From NCBI RefSeq assembly GCF_001194135.2, contig NC_068983.1:89928385-89992384 (forward strand): a stretch of DNA of 64,000 nucleotides, in the 5' to 3' direction. The position numbers and the translations under genes were made by a program. Source of the stretch: Octopus bimaculoides. Its lineage: Eukaryota. Below, one piece after another: positions 14,010 through 25,865 of the stretch; the stretch's first letter is position 1, and every line of letters begins with the position of its first letter. The notes beneath the pieces were generated by a model. That model saw nothing but the letters and a program-made list of their open reading frames with translations, did not search any database and was not told where the DNA came from.

Positions 14010-15028
14010 TAACTACAAAGTTAGTTTTTGTATGTGGCAGATGTTCAGGGAGAAAAACTAGAGGTAGTCGATAGCTTCCGCTATCTGAGTGACCAAGTTA
14101 GTAGTGGGGGTGGGTGCGCTGAAAGTGTAACTGCTAGAATAAGAATAGCCTGGGCCAAGTTTAGAGAGCTCTTACCTCTGCTGGCGACAAAGGGACTCTC
14201 ACTCAGAGTAAAAGGCAGACTGTATGACGCATGTGTACGAACAGCCATGCTACATGGCAGTGAAACATGGGCTGTGACTGCTGAGGACATGCGTAAGCTC
14301 GCAAGGAATGAAGCCAGTATGCTCCGCTGGATGTGTAATGTAAATGTGAATACCCATCAGAGTGTAAGTATCTTGAGAGAAAAGCTGAACATAAGAANNN
14401 NNNNNNNNNNNNNNNNNNNNNNNNNNNNNNNNNNNNNNNNNNNNNNNNNNNNNNNNNNNNNNNNNNNNNNNNNNNNNNNNNNNNNNNNNNNNNNNNNNNN
14501 NNNNNNNNNNNNNNNNNNNNNNNNNNNNNNNNNNNNNNNNNNNNNNNNNNNNNNNNNNNNNNNNNNNNNNNNNNNNNNNNNNNNNNNNNNNNNNNNNNNN
14601 NNNNNNNNNNNNNNNNNNNNNNNNNNNNNNNNNNNNNNNNNNNNNNNNNNNNNNNNNNNNNNNNNNNNNNNNNNNNNNNNNNNNNNNNNNNNNNNNNNNN
14701 NNNTACCATCCTGAGCGTGACCGTTGTCAGTACCGCCTGACTGGCCTTGTAGGGTTTTCGAGCGAGATCGTTGCCAGTGCCCCTGGACTGGCTCTTGTGC
14801 GGGTGGCACATAAGACACCATTTCGAGCGTGGCCGTTTTCGTGCGGGTGACACGTAAAAGCACCCACTACACTCTCTGAGTGGTTGGCGTTAGGAAGGGC
14901 ATCCAGCTGTAGAAACTCTGCCAAATTAGATTGGAGCCTGGTGTAGCCATCTGGTTGTACCAGTCCTCAGTCAAATCGTCCAACCCATGCTAGCATGGAA
15001 AGCGGACGTTAAACAATGATGATGATGA
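14010..15028 (+). mobile_element. 5'-truncated RTE LINE (RT C-terminus, 3' UTR, (GAT)n tail) in vasa intron
   Basis: ORF KLEVVDSFRYL..RIRIAWAKFRELLPLL..GRLYDACVRTAMLHGSETW; 3' end CCATGCTAGCATGG..gttaaacaatgatgatgat; internal N gap. Confidence 0.9.
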
Positions 15029-15240
15029 TAATTCAAAACTGGGATTCAATTTGCAAGAAGTTTCAAGGATATTACTAAAATGGTTGATTTGTGTAGCTAT
15101 AATTAACTGGATTTTTGTGGGTAGTTATCTGGCAACATTTATGATCATTTTTATGTTACCATCTATTTTTGTGGTAGGCAAATGTCTAAGCTGTGTTTCA
15201 CTCATAGTAGCTATTGTATATACCTATTTACATTCTGCAG

Positions 15241-15351
15241 GCTCAACAAAATGTCCCTGTTTGGTTAGAAGAAGAAGCAAAAATGGTAGGCCTTTCAAAT
15301 GGCACATACAGTAGTGGACGCTTTGGTGGCCGGGATCGAAGAAGAATTAGG
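15241..15351 (+). CDS. DDX4: vasa exon (AQQNVPVWLEEEAK..GRFGGRDRR)
   Basis: ttctgcag| and |gtaaga; typical Vasa post-helicase segment; phase 0-0. Confidence 0.92.
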
Positions 15352-15547
15352 GTAAGAATATATCTTGACATCTTGAAATTAAAGAAAGAGCTTCAACATA
15401 ATAAACTCTATTCCAAACCTAATTGCTTTTACTTGGTTTTCTTGTAGGAGTGTGCATTGATGTTCTCATTAATTTGGTAACATAAAAGAATTTAATGAGT
15501 GAATTAATTGTATAGTCTGGTGAAACTGAATAATTGTGTATTTTCAG

Positions 15548-15649
15548 AGCTGTGCACCAGAAATGGTTAATGATGGTTGTGGTTGGCAACCTATAAGCAG
15601 TGGAGCACCCCCAAGACAAGCAATTGAAGAGGAAGAGCTGTGGGAATAA
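15548..15649 (+). CDS. DDX4: vasa terminal exon ending EEEELWE*
   Basis: ttttcag| acceptor; acidic tail with near-terminal Trp typical of Vasa. Exons 2045-15649 total 1484 nt, plus 1 nt from the previous exon = 495 codons. Confidence 0.9.
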   Translation, partial: SCAPEMVNDGCGWQPISSGAPPRQAIEEEELWE

Positions 15650-15803
15650 TTGCTTTCCAACTGTGATAAAGTCATTCCATACCAAAAGTTTTCTATTTTT
15701 TCATTCAAAGACTATTTTCAATTGATACTGTTGGGTGTTGATCTTTTTTTTTTTTTTTTTTTTTTTTTTCAATTGTGGAGAAAACAAAGATCTTGTTAAA
15801 TAG

Positions 15804-15842
15804 TTTTATGTTTTTTATAATTGCTTATTTACTTTAAATAAA
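15804..15842 (+). promoter_or_regulatory. Candidate vasa poly(A) signal AATAAA (15837-15842) with upstream CPE-like TTTTAT elements
   Basis: TTTTAT at 15804-15809, TTTTTTAT at 15811-15818; AATAAA ~190 nt after the stop. Confidence 0.45.
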
Positions 15843-16812
15843 CTTGATTTTTGAGTTAAAACTGATGTGTCTGTTCTAAAATTACCAAGTCCTACCTGAA
15901 TTTGACTTATTTTAACTTTTGACCAAAATGAGCGATAATGTTCACCTTAAGCTAAGCAATCTGGACTGTTCCCCACTTCATTTGTCTTTGATTAACAATT
16001 AGAGATCTAGCAGCAAGAGAAGCATCTGCATTGTCACACAAAGTACCAAAATATCACAGATTGTAATATAGAAAGCTAAGAATGCCTTTTGTTACATTCA
16101 ATGAAAGCAAGCAATTAAGACAAGCCACACTAAACTGCATGTTGTACAGTCCAGTCCTCCAAAGGTGAGATGATGTATTGCACCAAATAGTTTTGACCAG
16201 CTACTTATGTGCTATAGTTGTAGACTTCATCAAGTCTGCTTGTAGGAATCTGCTACTTCTAAGTAGATTACTAATCGTGAATTCAATTGTGGCTTAAATG
16301 CTTGGCATGTTATTTTTATTAAATATGCCAATGATGGTAGTCATTATATAGAATCATGTTCACAGAAGTGACATCTTAAAACCTGTTCAAATATCCAGAA
16401 AGTTTCAGAATGTACTAAACATGATCTTGTATGTGGAAGCTACAAAGCAGTTGCTTGCCTTTTTGTTGATTTTGAAAGTTTGCAACAAAGTCAATTTGGT
16501 AAAGGCACTGGACCATTGCTCAGTTTCTCCCTACTGAATTTCACTCAAAAGATGTTTTATTTTGAGGGTGTCATAAAACTTGCATAGTAGGACAGAAGCT
16601 GAAACAATATAGTCGAGAATTTGTTTACATGACTGGACAAGTGATGGCATTTAATTTTCCTCGTGTCATTTTATATGAAATAAGTACTTACAATAGGTAC
16701 CATTACCTTAGAACAGTGCTGTCCCTTGTTTGGCCGAAAATTTTATATGGGTACTAGCAACAAAGATGAGAATGTATTGGGAGGATTTTTTTAGTCCATG
16801 ACACCTATTTAA

Positions 16813-18329
16813 CCCTTTCGTTACCAAACCGCCCAAAGCCGCCCGAAAAAAATTTTGGCTCATGTGACCAAGCCGCCCAAAACCGCCCGTAATCACCTAT
16901 TCATATTTAAATGAGAATATCTGAGCAAATCTCGTTAGTACATTCGTGAAAACACGTGATTATTTGTGTAAACAGTTCAGCAATAGTTTCGTACGACGAT
17001 CAACATGTTTTTTTAATTTTGTGAATTTTGGGAGATTTTTTTCCAAATTATTTCCTGTTGTGTTTTCAAAATTTGTAATCCTGACAAAAAAATGGATACG
17101 AATTTTATTCTGTCAAGCAGCGAGTCAGAATTCGAAGGATTTTCCGTTGAAGACCTTGNNNNNNNNNNNNNNNNNNNNNNNNNNNNNNNNNNNNNNNNNN
17201 NNNNNNNNNNNNNNNNNNNNNNNNNNNNNNNNNNNNNNNNNNNNNNNNNNNNNNNNNNNNNNNNNNNNNNNNNNNNNNNNNNNNNNNNNNNNNNNNNNNN
17301 NNNNNNNNNNNNNNNNNNNNNNNNNNNNNNNNNNNNNNNNNNNNNNNNNNNNNNNNNNNNNNNNNNNNNNNNNNNNNNNNNNNNNNNNNNNNNNNNNNNN
17401 NNNNNNNNNNNNNNNNNNNNNNNNNNNNNNNNNNNNNNNNNNNNNNNNNNNNNNNNNNNNNNNNNNNNNNNNNNNNNNNNNNNNNNNNNNNNNNNNNNNN
17501 NNNNNNNNNNNNNNNNNNNNNNNNNNNNNNNNNNNNNNNNNNNNNNNNNNNNNNNNNNNNNNNNNNNNNNNNNNNNNNNNNNNNNNNNNNNNNNNNNNNN
17601 NNNNNNNNNNNNNNNNNNNNNNNNNNNNNNNNNNNNNNNNNNNNNNNNNNNNNNNNNNNNNNNNNNNNNNNNNNNNNNNNNNNNNNNNNNNNNNNNNNNN
17701 NNNNNNNNNNNNNNNNNNNNNNNNNNNNNNNNNNNNNNNNNNNNNNNNNNNNNNNNNNNNNNNNNNNNNNNNNNNNNNNNNNNNNNNNNNNNNNNNNNNN
17801 NNNNNNNNNNNNNNNNNNNNNNNNNNNNNNNNNNNNNNNNNNNNNNNNNNNNNNNNNNNNNNNNNNNNNNNNNNNNNNNNNNNNNNNNNNNNNNNNNNNN
17901 NNNNNNNNNNNNNNNNNNNNNNNNNNNNNNNNNNNNNNNNNNNNNNNNNNNNNNNNNNNNNNNAAGAGACAGTAATAAATCCAGTAATGTGCACAACTCT
18001 TCTATAATAATATTTTGTTGTATACCCAATTGAATATTAGCTAATAACCCATTTTCTATAGCGATGTTTGAACAAAAATTTAAATAATTTTATATTTTGT
18101 TGAATTTACCTGTATTTACCTGTAATTAAAGTCACTTTGTGACAAAAATTTTGGTATAGAATTGGTTGAGAACCTTTCGTTAATTTATCTTCCAAAAATC
18201 ACATTAATATGTTGATAAATAAAAAAGTTAGAGTTGTTTAATGAAACCAGCCTAAATTTATGATTATGTTAGAAATTAATTGAAACACATAAGGGGTGTA
18301 ATTTGGTTAGAAATATGGTAACGAAAGGG
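16813..18329 (+). mobile_element. piggyBac element with perfect TIRs and TTAA target duplication
   Basis: TTAA|CCCTTTCGTTACCA ... TGGTAACGAAAGGG|TTAA; acidic ORF start MDTNFILSSSESEFEGFSVEDL; centre is an N gap. Confidence 0.92.
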
Positions 18330-18898
18330 TTAAATATCAAAGTGTTTGTTAGCCACAACCAAAATTGAATACACACCTGCCACCTATGCTTATAGGTGCT
18401 GTTGTAAGTAATCACTTACTTCAAACTAGTAATTAATTTGGGCTGATATTACATACATGTACATTAAAAATGGGCTAGAAGACATTTGAATCAGGATGTT
18501 AAAGATTGAAAAAGTGTTAGTAAGAGAAAAGGGCAATAGTAATGACTTAGGAAAGCACTGTTTTTGGAAGGAAGTGCTTGCAGTTTTATATTTGAAATAC
18601 ATCACCATTAACCCAATTTTTGACCATCTGTCTTCTAAAATTTGAAATCGTAACACAAATAGAATAGTGAAATTTGACATGAATTTTGCACTAAGATCAG
18701 CAAAGGGACCAAGTTTCCTTCTTAAAAAAAGCAATTCCAACAAGCAATCTTCTGAGCTTGCTTTCAGATAGTAGTTTTTATGTTTTTGTTCTACTTGGAA
18801 GTAAATGTGCATTTTTATAATTAGACTAAATCATAGGTGCATTTAGCATCAAAATTCAATATCTGATTTCTCTCTCCTTTCATACTTAGTTTGGAAAT

Positions 18899-20485
18899 CA
18901 TCATCATCATCGTTTAACATCTGCTTTCCATGCTAGCATGGGTTGGACGATTTGACTGAGGACTGGTAAGCAAAATGACTACACCAGGCTCCAATCTGAT
19001 TTGGCAGAGTTTCTATGGCTGGATGCCCTTCCTAACGCCAACCACTCCAACAGTGTAGTGGGTGCTTTTACGTACCACCGGTACGAAGGCCAATCAGGCG
19101 GTACTGGCAAAGGCCAAGCTCAAAATGGTGTATTTTACGTGGCACTGGCAGCGACCTCGCTTGAATGTCTTTTCACATGCCACTGGCACAAGTACCGTGA
19201 AAGTGACGCTGGTATTGCTATTTACGTGCCACTGGCACGGAAGCCAGACAGCTGCTCAGGCAACGATCACGGTTAGACGGTGCTCTTAGCGCTCCACTGG
19301 TATGGGTGCCATCACGATTTCGCTTTCACTTGCCCCAACAGGTCAGTTGACTATGGTGCTGCTAAACCAGTCATTGGGTATGACTCCATGTATCACCTGG
19401 TTAACAATACAGGTGACTAGGCTATAGCCGACACTGCCAGATATTGTGAGCATCTCTGCAGTTATTCCTGATGGGCTGGGGGCTTTCCCTGTCTTCACAC
19501 TCTTAATTGCTTTATCTAACATGGTACTCTCAACTCAGATAGTTGGTCCCTCTGTTGGGTCGGCATTTGGCAAACTCTCTTTCTCCTATTCATTCTCTTT
19601 ATTTAGCAACCTTTCGTAGTGGCGTCTCCAAACCTCTTTCTTTGCAGCCTCATTTAGTGCAAGCGTACCATCATCCATGCTGACACATTTCTCTCCTACG
19701 AATGACATCACGATTCTCTCTCACACACTGTCTTGCAACACGAAATACCTCAAGTCTTCGGTCCTCAAGGCGCAGAACATTGGTAAATTTTTTCTTATCT
19801 GCTTCCCCTCTGGCTAAATAAACCTGTCGCTTAGCTTCCCTTCTGGCAGTCTGATACAATTCCCTGCTACGACCGTTCTTCCAGTCCTTCCAAGCCTGTT
19901 TCTTTTGTCTAATAGCCCTGTCAACAACATTGTTCCACCACCACCACCACGTTATTTGGGGTCCAGAGGGGACTTTGCACCATCCACAGATCTGGTCAGT
20001 GTCCCTCAGCAGGTTGTCTCGTAGAAACCTCCAGTTGTCTTATTACTCGAAGCCTGTGACGAAATACAAGGGGGTATAGCTTCACGTGATGTATAAGTCT
20101 CTAAATCTCTATCCATTTGCAGGATCTTTAAGCTTACAGACCCTTCTCCTCCGTGCTGGTCATCTTCTGGGCAACCACTTAGCCTTGGTCCTGAACTACT
20201 AGTCTATGTTGTGGGGTACATTCTTTGCGAGGGATGGTTTTGGCATGTATAAGCAGTCCTCTTTCCCTTAAGTTGGTATTGCAAACCATAAGGTCATTTG
20301 CATCACAGTACTCCAGCAGCCTGGTTCCCTCCTCATTTCGGGTACCAAAACCTTAGCCTCCATGGAAGCCCCGTGAATGTTGTCCAACATGTCCATGGAA
20401 GTCACCAGCCACAAAGAGGTCCCTGTCATTCGTTGACGAGGTAGTCTGCAAGAGGGTGTCATAAAATCAGTCTTTTTGTCCACCG
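18899..20485 (-). mobile_element. RTE LINE, internally deleted/degraded
   Basis: Tail and hairpin at 18899-18945, 3' UTR to ~19330, then linker (KKKFTNVLRLED..FRVARQCVRENRDV) and endonuclease C-terminus (GFGTRNEEG) with frameshifts. Confidence 0.85.
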
Positions 20486-21164
20486 GGTAGCCCAGGCTGA
20501 GATAATGGTTGCTAACCCATGGTGAAGGACTAATCTAATCTTAAGTATTCTATCGCATACTCTGGCTACCTTGATTGCCTTAAATAAAATAGTTAATTAT
20601 TTAGTGATAATTAAAACAAGAGTTGTAGTTACTCAAAATAACCCCCACCCACTGAAACTAATGTGCTCTGATTTGTTGCTAACTTTCTACAAAGCTAAAG
20701 AGAGACCTAGGGCACTGCTGATGAATGGGGATGGTGCAACTGTTGCTTGCATCTTGGACTGCTTCCAGTAAATGGTTGGCTGATTGGCAGGGACTCACAA
20801 CAATTACTAACCTGGATAAGACAGTGTCTTCTCACTGACTCTTCTGCAACTGCTGTAACATCATCATCAGTATTAGTAAGAATGTGTACCACCTGTCGAA
20901 TTCTACCATGATGCACCTTGCTTTCAAATTAAACACCTTGCTGAATATTCTCTCAGAACTTCAGGATTTTGTTCATGGTTTTCTGACAGGCAACTGAAAT
21001 TCATGCTTAACATTAACTGTACCAGCCAGGAAGGGCCCAAAAGGTTATAGGTGCCATTCTTTTTCATTAGGCTGAAGAACATTATTTCAATATTATTGAA
21101 ATACTGATTACAAAATTTTCCACATTTATTGATATTTGCTTTGAATCAGACCTGCTAGTATGTC

Positions 21165-21900
21165 AACGTCATTGTTTAACATCGGTTTTCCATGCTGGCA
21201 TGGGTTGGATAGTTTCACATGAGCTGGGGCACTGTTCTGACTCCTAATTGTCTATTGTGGCATAGTTTCTATGGCTAAATGCCTAACTCCAACCACTATA
21301 TATAGTATGCTGGGGGCTTTTCATGTACCCCTGGCACAGGTGCATTTATGTGGTACTGGCTGACTGATTTTACTTAGCTTGAAGCATCTTCTCAATTACA
21401 GCAAATCGCCATAACTCCCTGGTCCCTTGTCATTTCCTCAGTGAGTCCTAGTTTCTAAAGATACTTTCTCACCAATTTGTCTCACATATTCCTCTGAGTC
21501 AACCCCTTCCCCAAGTAGAGCTTAGCACTTCTTTATGCAACTTTTCTCATCCATATGCATCACATGACCAATCCAGTGCAGTCTTCTCTCTTGCACAAAA
21601 CTTTTGATGCCTCTCACACCCAGTTTTCCTTTTAAATCACTTACAATCTGTGTACACATTAATATCCAGCAGAGCATGCAGGGTTCATTACTTTCAAGCC
21701 TTCACATGTCCTCTAGTCAAAGCCCATGTTTCACTGTGAGGTAGCATAGCTGTACATACAAGGGCATCATACAATTTGCCTTCCACTCTGACGATGCAGC
21801 CCTTATTTACCAACAACAGTAGAAGCTCTCAGAACTTTGCCTAGCTCGTTATTGTAGCAACTATGCTTCCTCCTCCATTGCTAACTTTGTCACTTAGGTA
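21165..21900 (-). mobile_element. Old RTE 3' fragment
   Basis: CCATGCTGGCATGG hairpin at 21190-21203 followed by decayed RT C-terminal sequence. Confidence 0.6.
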
Positions 21901-23184
21901 ATGAGCCATCTACTACTACTGAAACCCCCCCCCCCCCATTTGAGGGAGTTTATTTGCACCTGCACATTTACCATGCAGATTATCTCCTTTCATCTTCCTG
22001 TGATACTGTTACATCTATGTCCAAGCTTACTCTGGGTACTACGTGGTTTCTACCAACACCCTTATATATCAAATCCCTGGAGGGATTTGTGATTTGTCTG
22101 TTTTCCTGCTTGGTAGGACTTTGTTTTTTTTGCTAAATTAACACTAGGCCCTTACATTCCAATCTTTGTAGTGAACTTAGGACTATCAGGCCTTGCAGGG
22201 ACAAGATCTCCTAAGTTGATTTGCTTAGAAGTACAACACAAGTATGAGGTAGTTCAGTGTTAGACTATTCAACCACTTTGGTTTATACACCTATGAAAGG
22301 TGGTAATATAACTAAAGGTCACTTATAGACTGGTGGATGCAAAGCCATATACAGAAATATTCGTATTTAAATAGGGAGGAAGTATGAAGTTTTAATTGAA
22401 TTAAAATAATCATAAGAGCCAAAATCACAAAGTTCTTGTTATCCTGCGACTGTTTTAAAATAAAATGAGGCTGTAATGCTTATATATATATATTTCTAAG
22501 GGCATGACAGAAATATCAAAACAATTGCAATCATCATGATGCTACATTTAAAATGAAGTTCTGGGCTCTTAGGTTGTCTCCATTGGTGGAACCATTACAT
22601 ATTCACAAAAGTTTCTCTTGTCCTTGCCAGGCACAATCCTAAGAGTAAGTTATAAGCTGTTGGTCTTTAACAAGTCCCCCAGTTTTGAAGTTTGATTGAT
22701 GAGGAAGGCACACACAAACATGTGACTTGTGAGGGATTCCAGACCAGTAAACAGTATCATACGAACATCTGTAAACTAAAGACAATTTTTATTCAGGTTC
22801 TGTCAAAAACTATTAAGTTGAAAAACTCAGAGGAGTTCAGAAGGTAAAATGTGATCCTATGGGAAGGAAATAACTTATAAAGGAGTCAAGTGGTGTTAAC
22901 AGAGATGACTGGGGTGCAATGTGAGATAATTACGTAGGTGAGGTGAAAAAGCTATCTAGAGCTAATGTTGGAAAGTACCCAAGTAAAAGCAGACAACAGA
23001 CTAGTGAATCCCAATCAGCTTCCCCTCTGTAAAATTTTAAATGAAATTAAGGAATTGAAGGCTTAGACCTAAGATTAAAAAAAACATATAAAACTTCGAG
23101 GTATTCTATAACAACTGTGAATATATTACCAACCATTTCTGAGGAGACATAGGTTCCATTTTGAGAAACAATATAGAAATTTTT

Positions 23185-23525
23185 ATTACTCTTTTACTTG
23201 TTTCAGTCATTTGACTGCAGCCATGTTGGCGCACTGCCTTTAGTCAAGCAAATTGACCCCAGAGCTTATTCTTTGTAAGCCTAGTACTTATTCTATCGGC
23301 CCCTTTTGCCGAACCGCTAAGTTACGGGGACGTAAACACAGACATATATATACACACATACATATACGACGGGCTTCTTCCAGTTTCCGTCTATCAAATC
23401 CACTCACAAGGCTTTGGTCAGCCTGAGGCTATAATAGAAGACACTTGCCCAAGGTGCCATGCAGTGAGACTGAACCCAGGACCAGGTGGTTGGTAAGTAA
23501 GCTACTTATCACACAGCCACTCCTG
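23185..23525 (-). mobile_element. tRNA-derived SINE (Octopus OR/OK-like)
   Basis: Minus-strand head caggagtggctgtgtg..gggttcagtctc (pol III A/B-box-like) followed by body and simple-repeat segment. Confidence 0.8.
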
Positions 23526-23596
23526 TTTAAAATGTTTTGTCAAATTTAAACCCTGTCTTTCAATCAATAGCAAAAATACAATAGTTACAAGTCTAA

Positions 23597-24888
23597 TCTA
23601 TATATATAAAAATGAGAATGTGTGTCTGTCTGTGTGTGTGAATCCCTAAAACTCTAGAACTANNNNNNNNNNNNNNNNNNNNNNNNNNNNNNNNNNNNNN
23701 NNNNNNNNNNNNNNNNNNNNNNNNNNNNNNNNNNNNNNNNNNNNNNNNNNNNNNNNNNNNNNNNNNNNNNNNNNNNNNNNNNNNNNNNNNNNNNNNNNNN
23801 NNNNNNNNNNNNNNNNNNNNNNNNNNNNNNNNNNNNNNNNNNNNNNNNNNNNNNNNNNNNNNNNNNNNNNNNNNNNNNNNNNNNNNNNNNNNNNNNNNNN
23901 NNNNNNNNNNNNNNNNNNNNNNNNNNNNNNNNNNNNNNNNNNNNNNNNNNNNNNNNNNNNNNNNNNNNNNNNNNNNNNNNNNNNNNNNNNNNNNNNNNNN
24001 NNNNNNNNNNNNNNNNNNNNNNNNNNNNNNNNNNNNNNNNNNNNNNNNNNNNNNNNNNNNNNNNNNNNNNNNNNNNNNNNNNNNNNNNNNNNNNNNNNNN
24101 NNNNNNNNNNNNNNNNNNNNNNNNNNNNNNNNNNNNNNNNNNNNNNNNNNNNNNNNNNNNNNNNNNNNNNNNNNNNNNNNNNNNNNNNNNNNNNNNNNNN
24201 NNNNNNNNNNNNNNNNNNNNNNNNNNNNNNNNNNNNNNNNNNNNNNNNNNNNNNNNNNNNNNNNNNNNNNNNNNNNNNNNNNNNNNNNNNNNNNNNNNNN
24301 NNNNNNNNNNNNNNNNNNNNNNNNNNNNNNNNNNNNNNNNNNNNNNNNNNNNNNNNNNNNNNNNNNNNNNNNNNNNNNNNNNNNNNNNNNNNNNNNNNNN
24401 NNNNNNNNNNNNNNNNNNNNNNNNNNNNNNNNNNNNNNNNNNNNNNNNNNNNNNNNNNNNNNNNNNNNNNNNNNNNNNNNNNNNNNNNNNNNNNNNNNNN
24501 NNNNNNNNNACCCTATCAGATATACTTTCATTGTGATTTCTGCAATGTGGTGCATAAATTGTCAAGTAAATGAGACACATCTTTGCCTCCACTGATTCAC
24601 TTGCAAAGTCGTTGAGTAAAATTATTTCATTGCAGACCTCCTTTGGGTCTTTTTATTATCACTACGACATACATAGTCCCCAGTTGGTAACATTGATTTC
24701 AAGGCCCTCCTAGATGAGAGACTGGCATTCCACTTAATGTCTATGTTCCATGCTGGCATGGATTAGAGAGTTATTAATGTAGAAATATGGTATCGTAGCT
24801 ACTAACAGTTGAGGGTTGCGTAGTCTAGACAGCGTTTTTAGATTTCATTATTCTCTTTAACCCGGGCAAAGCCGGGTATTTCTGCTAG
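23597..24888 (+). mobile_element. Non-autonomous Helitron
   Basis: A|TCTATATATATAAAA 5' end; hairpin ACCCGG-GCAAAG-CCGGGT (24860-24877) 7 nt before CTAG|T; A|T insertion, no TSD; centre is an N gap. Confidence 0.8.
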
Positions 24889-25654
24889 TATCTTATAATA
24901 TCTAATATCTTAATAGTAAAACATTCAGTGTCCTATATTTATTACACTTCTTAAATGCAACATGCCATCAAATTGGCACTTTCATATTAAAAGGTTGCTA
25001 CAGAGGGATGAGGTAGTTTATCTTTCCAACTCATACACACAAAGAAATGAAAAGTACCAGACTGCTGACATTAAGATAATCTAGACAATGTCAAGAGGGG
25101 AGCATTCACACTGTGACTCTGTTTCACAAATTTTTACTCTATCCATGTATAAATTAAAAAAAAAACAAATTTGTTTTTTTAGAAGCATTGAAATGGTGTA
25201 TTGTGTAACACAAATAAGATATGTTTTTTATGCAGAGTTGCCGTTAGAATAGCAGAATTAGCTTTATAAGATGGAAAAGTTTGTCAACAACTAACCATAA
25301 GACTTGAACCCATATCCCTCAAAGACTAGCTGAATGTTTTACTATTAAGCTAAACTACCTGCTGACAAATTCACCACTGAATTTAGATACTAAATACTTT
25401 AGCTTTATAGAAGTACCATGCGTGTATAAATGTAAACAAACAAATGTTTTTTTTAGAACCATCGAAAATGTGTATTGTGTGATACAATATTTTGTAAGGG
25501 TAATTTAACCAGTATTTCTGTTATTCTAATGGCAACTCTGCATTTGAAAAAATGTCTTATTTGTATTGTACAATATATATGTGTATATAAACTTTTCTTT
25601 GGAGTGATCATCGCTCAGACTTTTCCCCAACATCTGATTTTTGTTTTATAAATA

Positions 25655-25865
25655 TGTGTGCATGGCTTTGCACTCATGATTGCAAGATTTTGATACTTGA
25701 CTGGGTAGTGTGTTATGTCCTTGAGCAAAGCACTTCATTTCACATCACTCTAGTCCACTCAGCTGGCAAAAATGAGTAATCCTGCAATGAACTGGCATCC
25801 TGTCCAGGAGAAGTAGTAGATACACCACAATATCTGGGGAAACTGGCTTTATAAGCCTGTTGTAC
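25655..25865 (+). mobile_element. SINE fragment
   Basis: gtccttgagcaaagcacttcatttcac..agtccactcagctggcaaaaatgagta; SINE core-like motif. Confidence 0.55.

Noticed and set aside
20570-21150. Coding-like minus-strand segment ending CAG|gttagt (..TDDDVTAVAEESVRRHCLIQ)
   Set aside because: Stop just upstream in frame, weak acceptor, no partner exons; more like a decayed transposase N-terminus. Unresolved.
23440-23525. tRNA gene
   Set aside because: The A/B-box-like sequence is a SINE head attached to a repeat body; no full cloverleaf.
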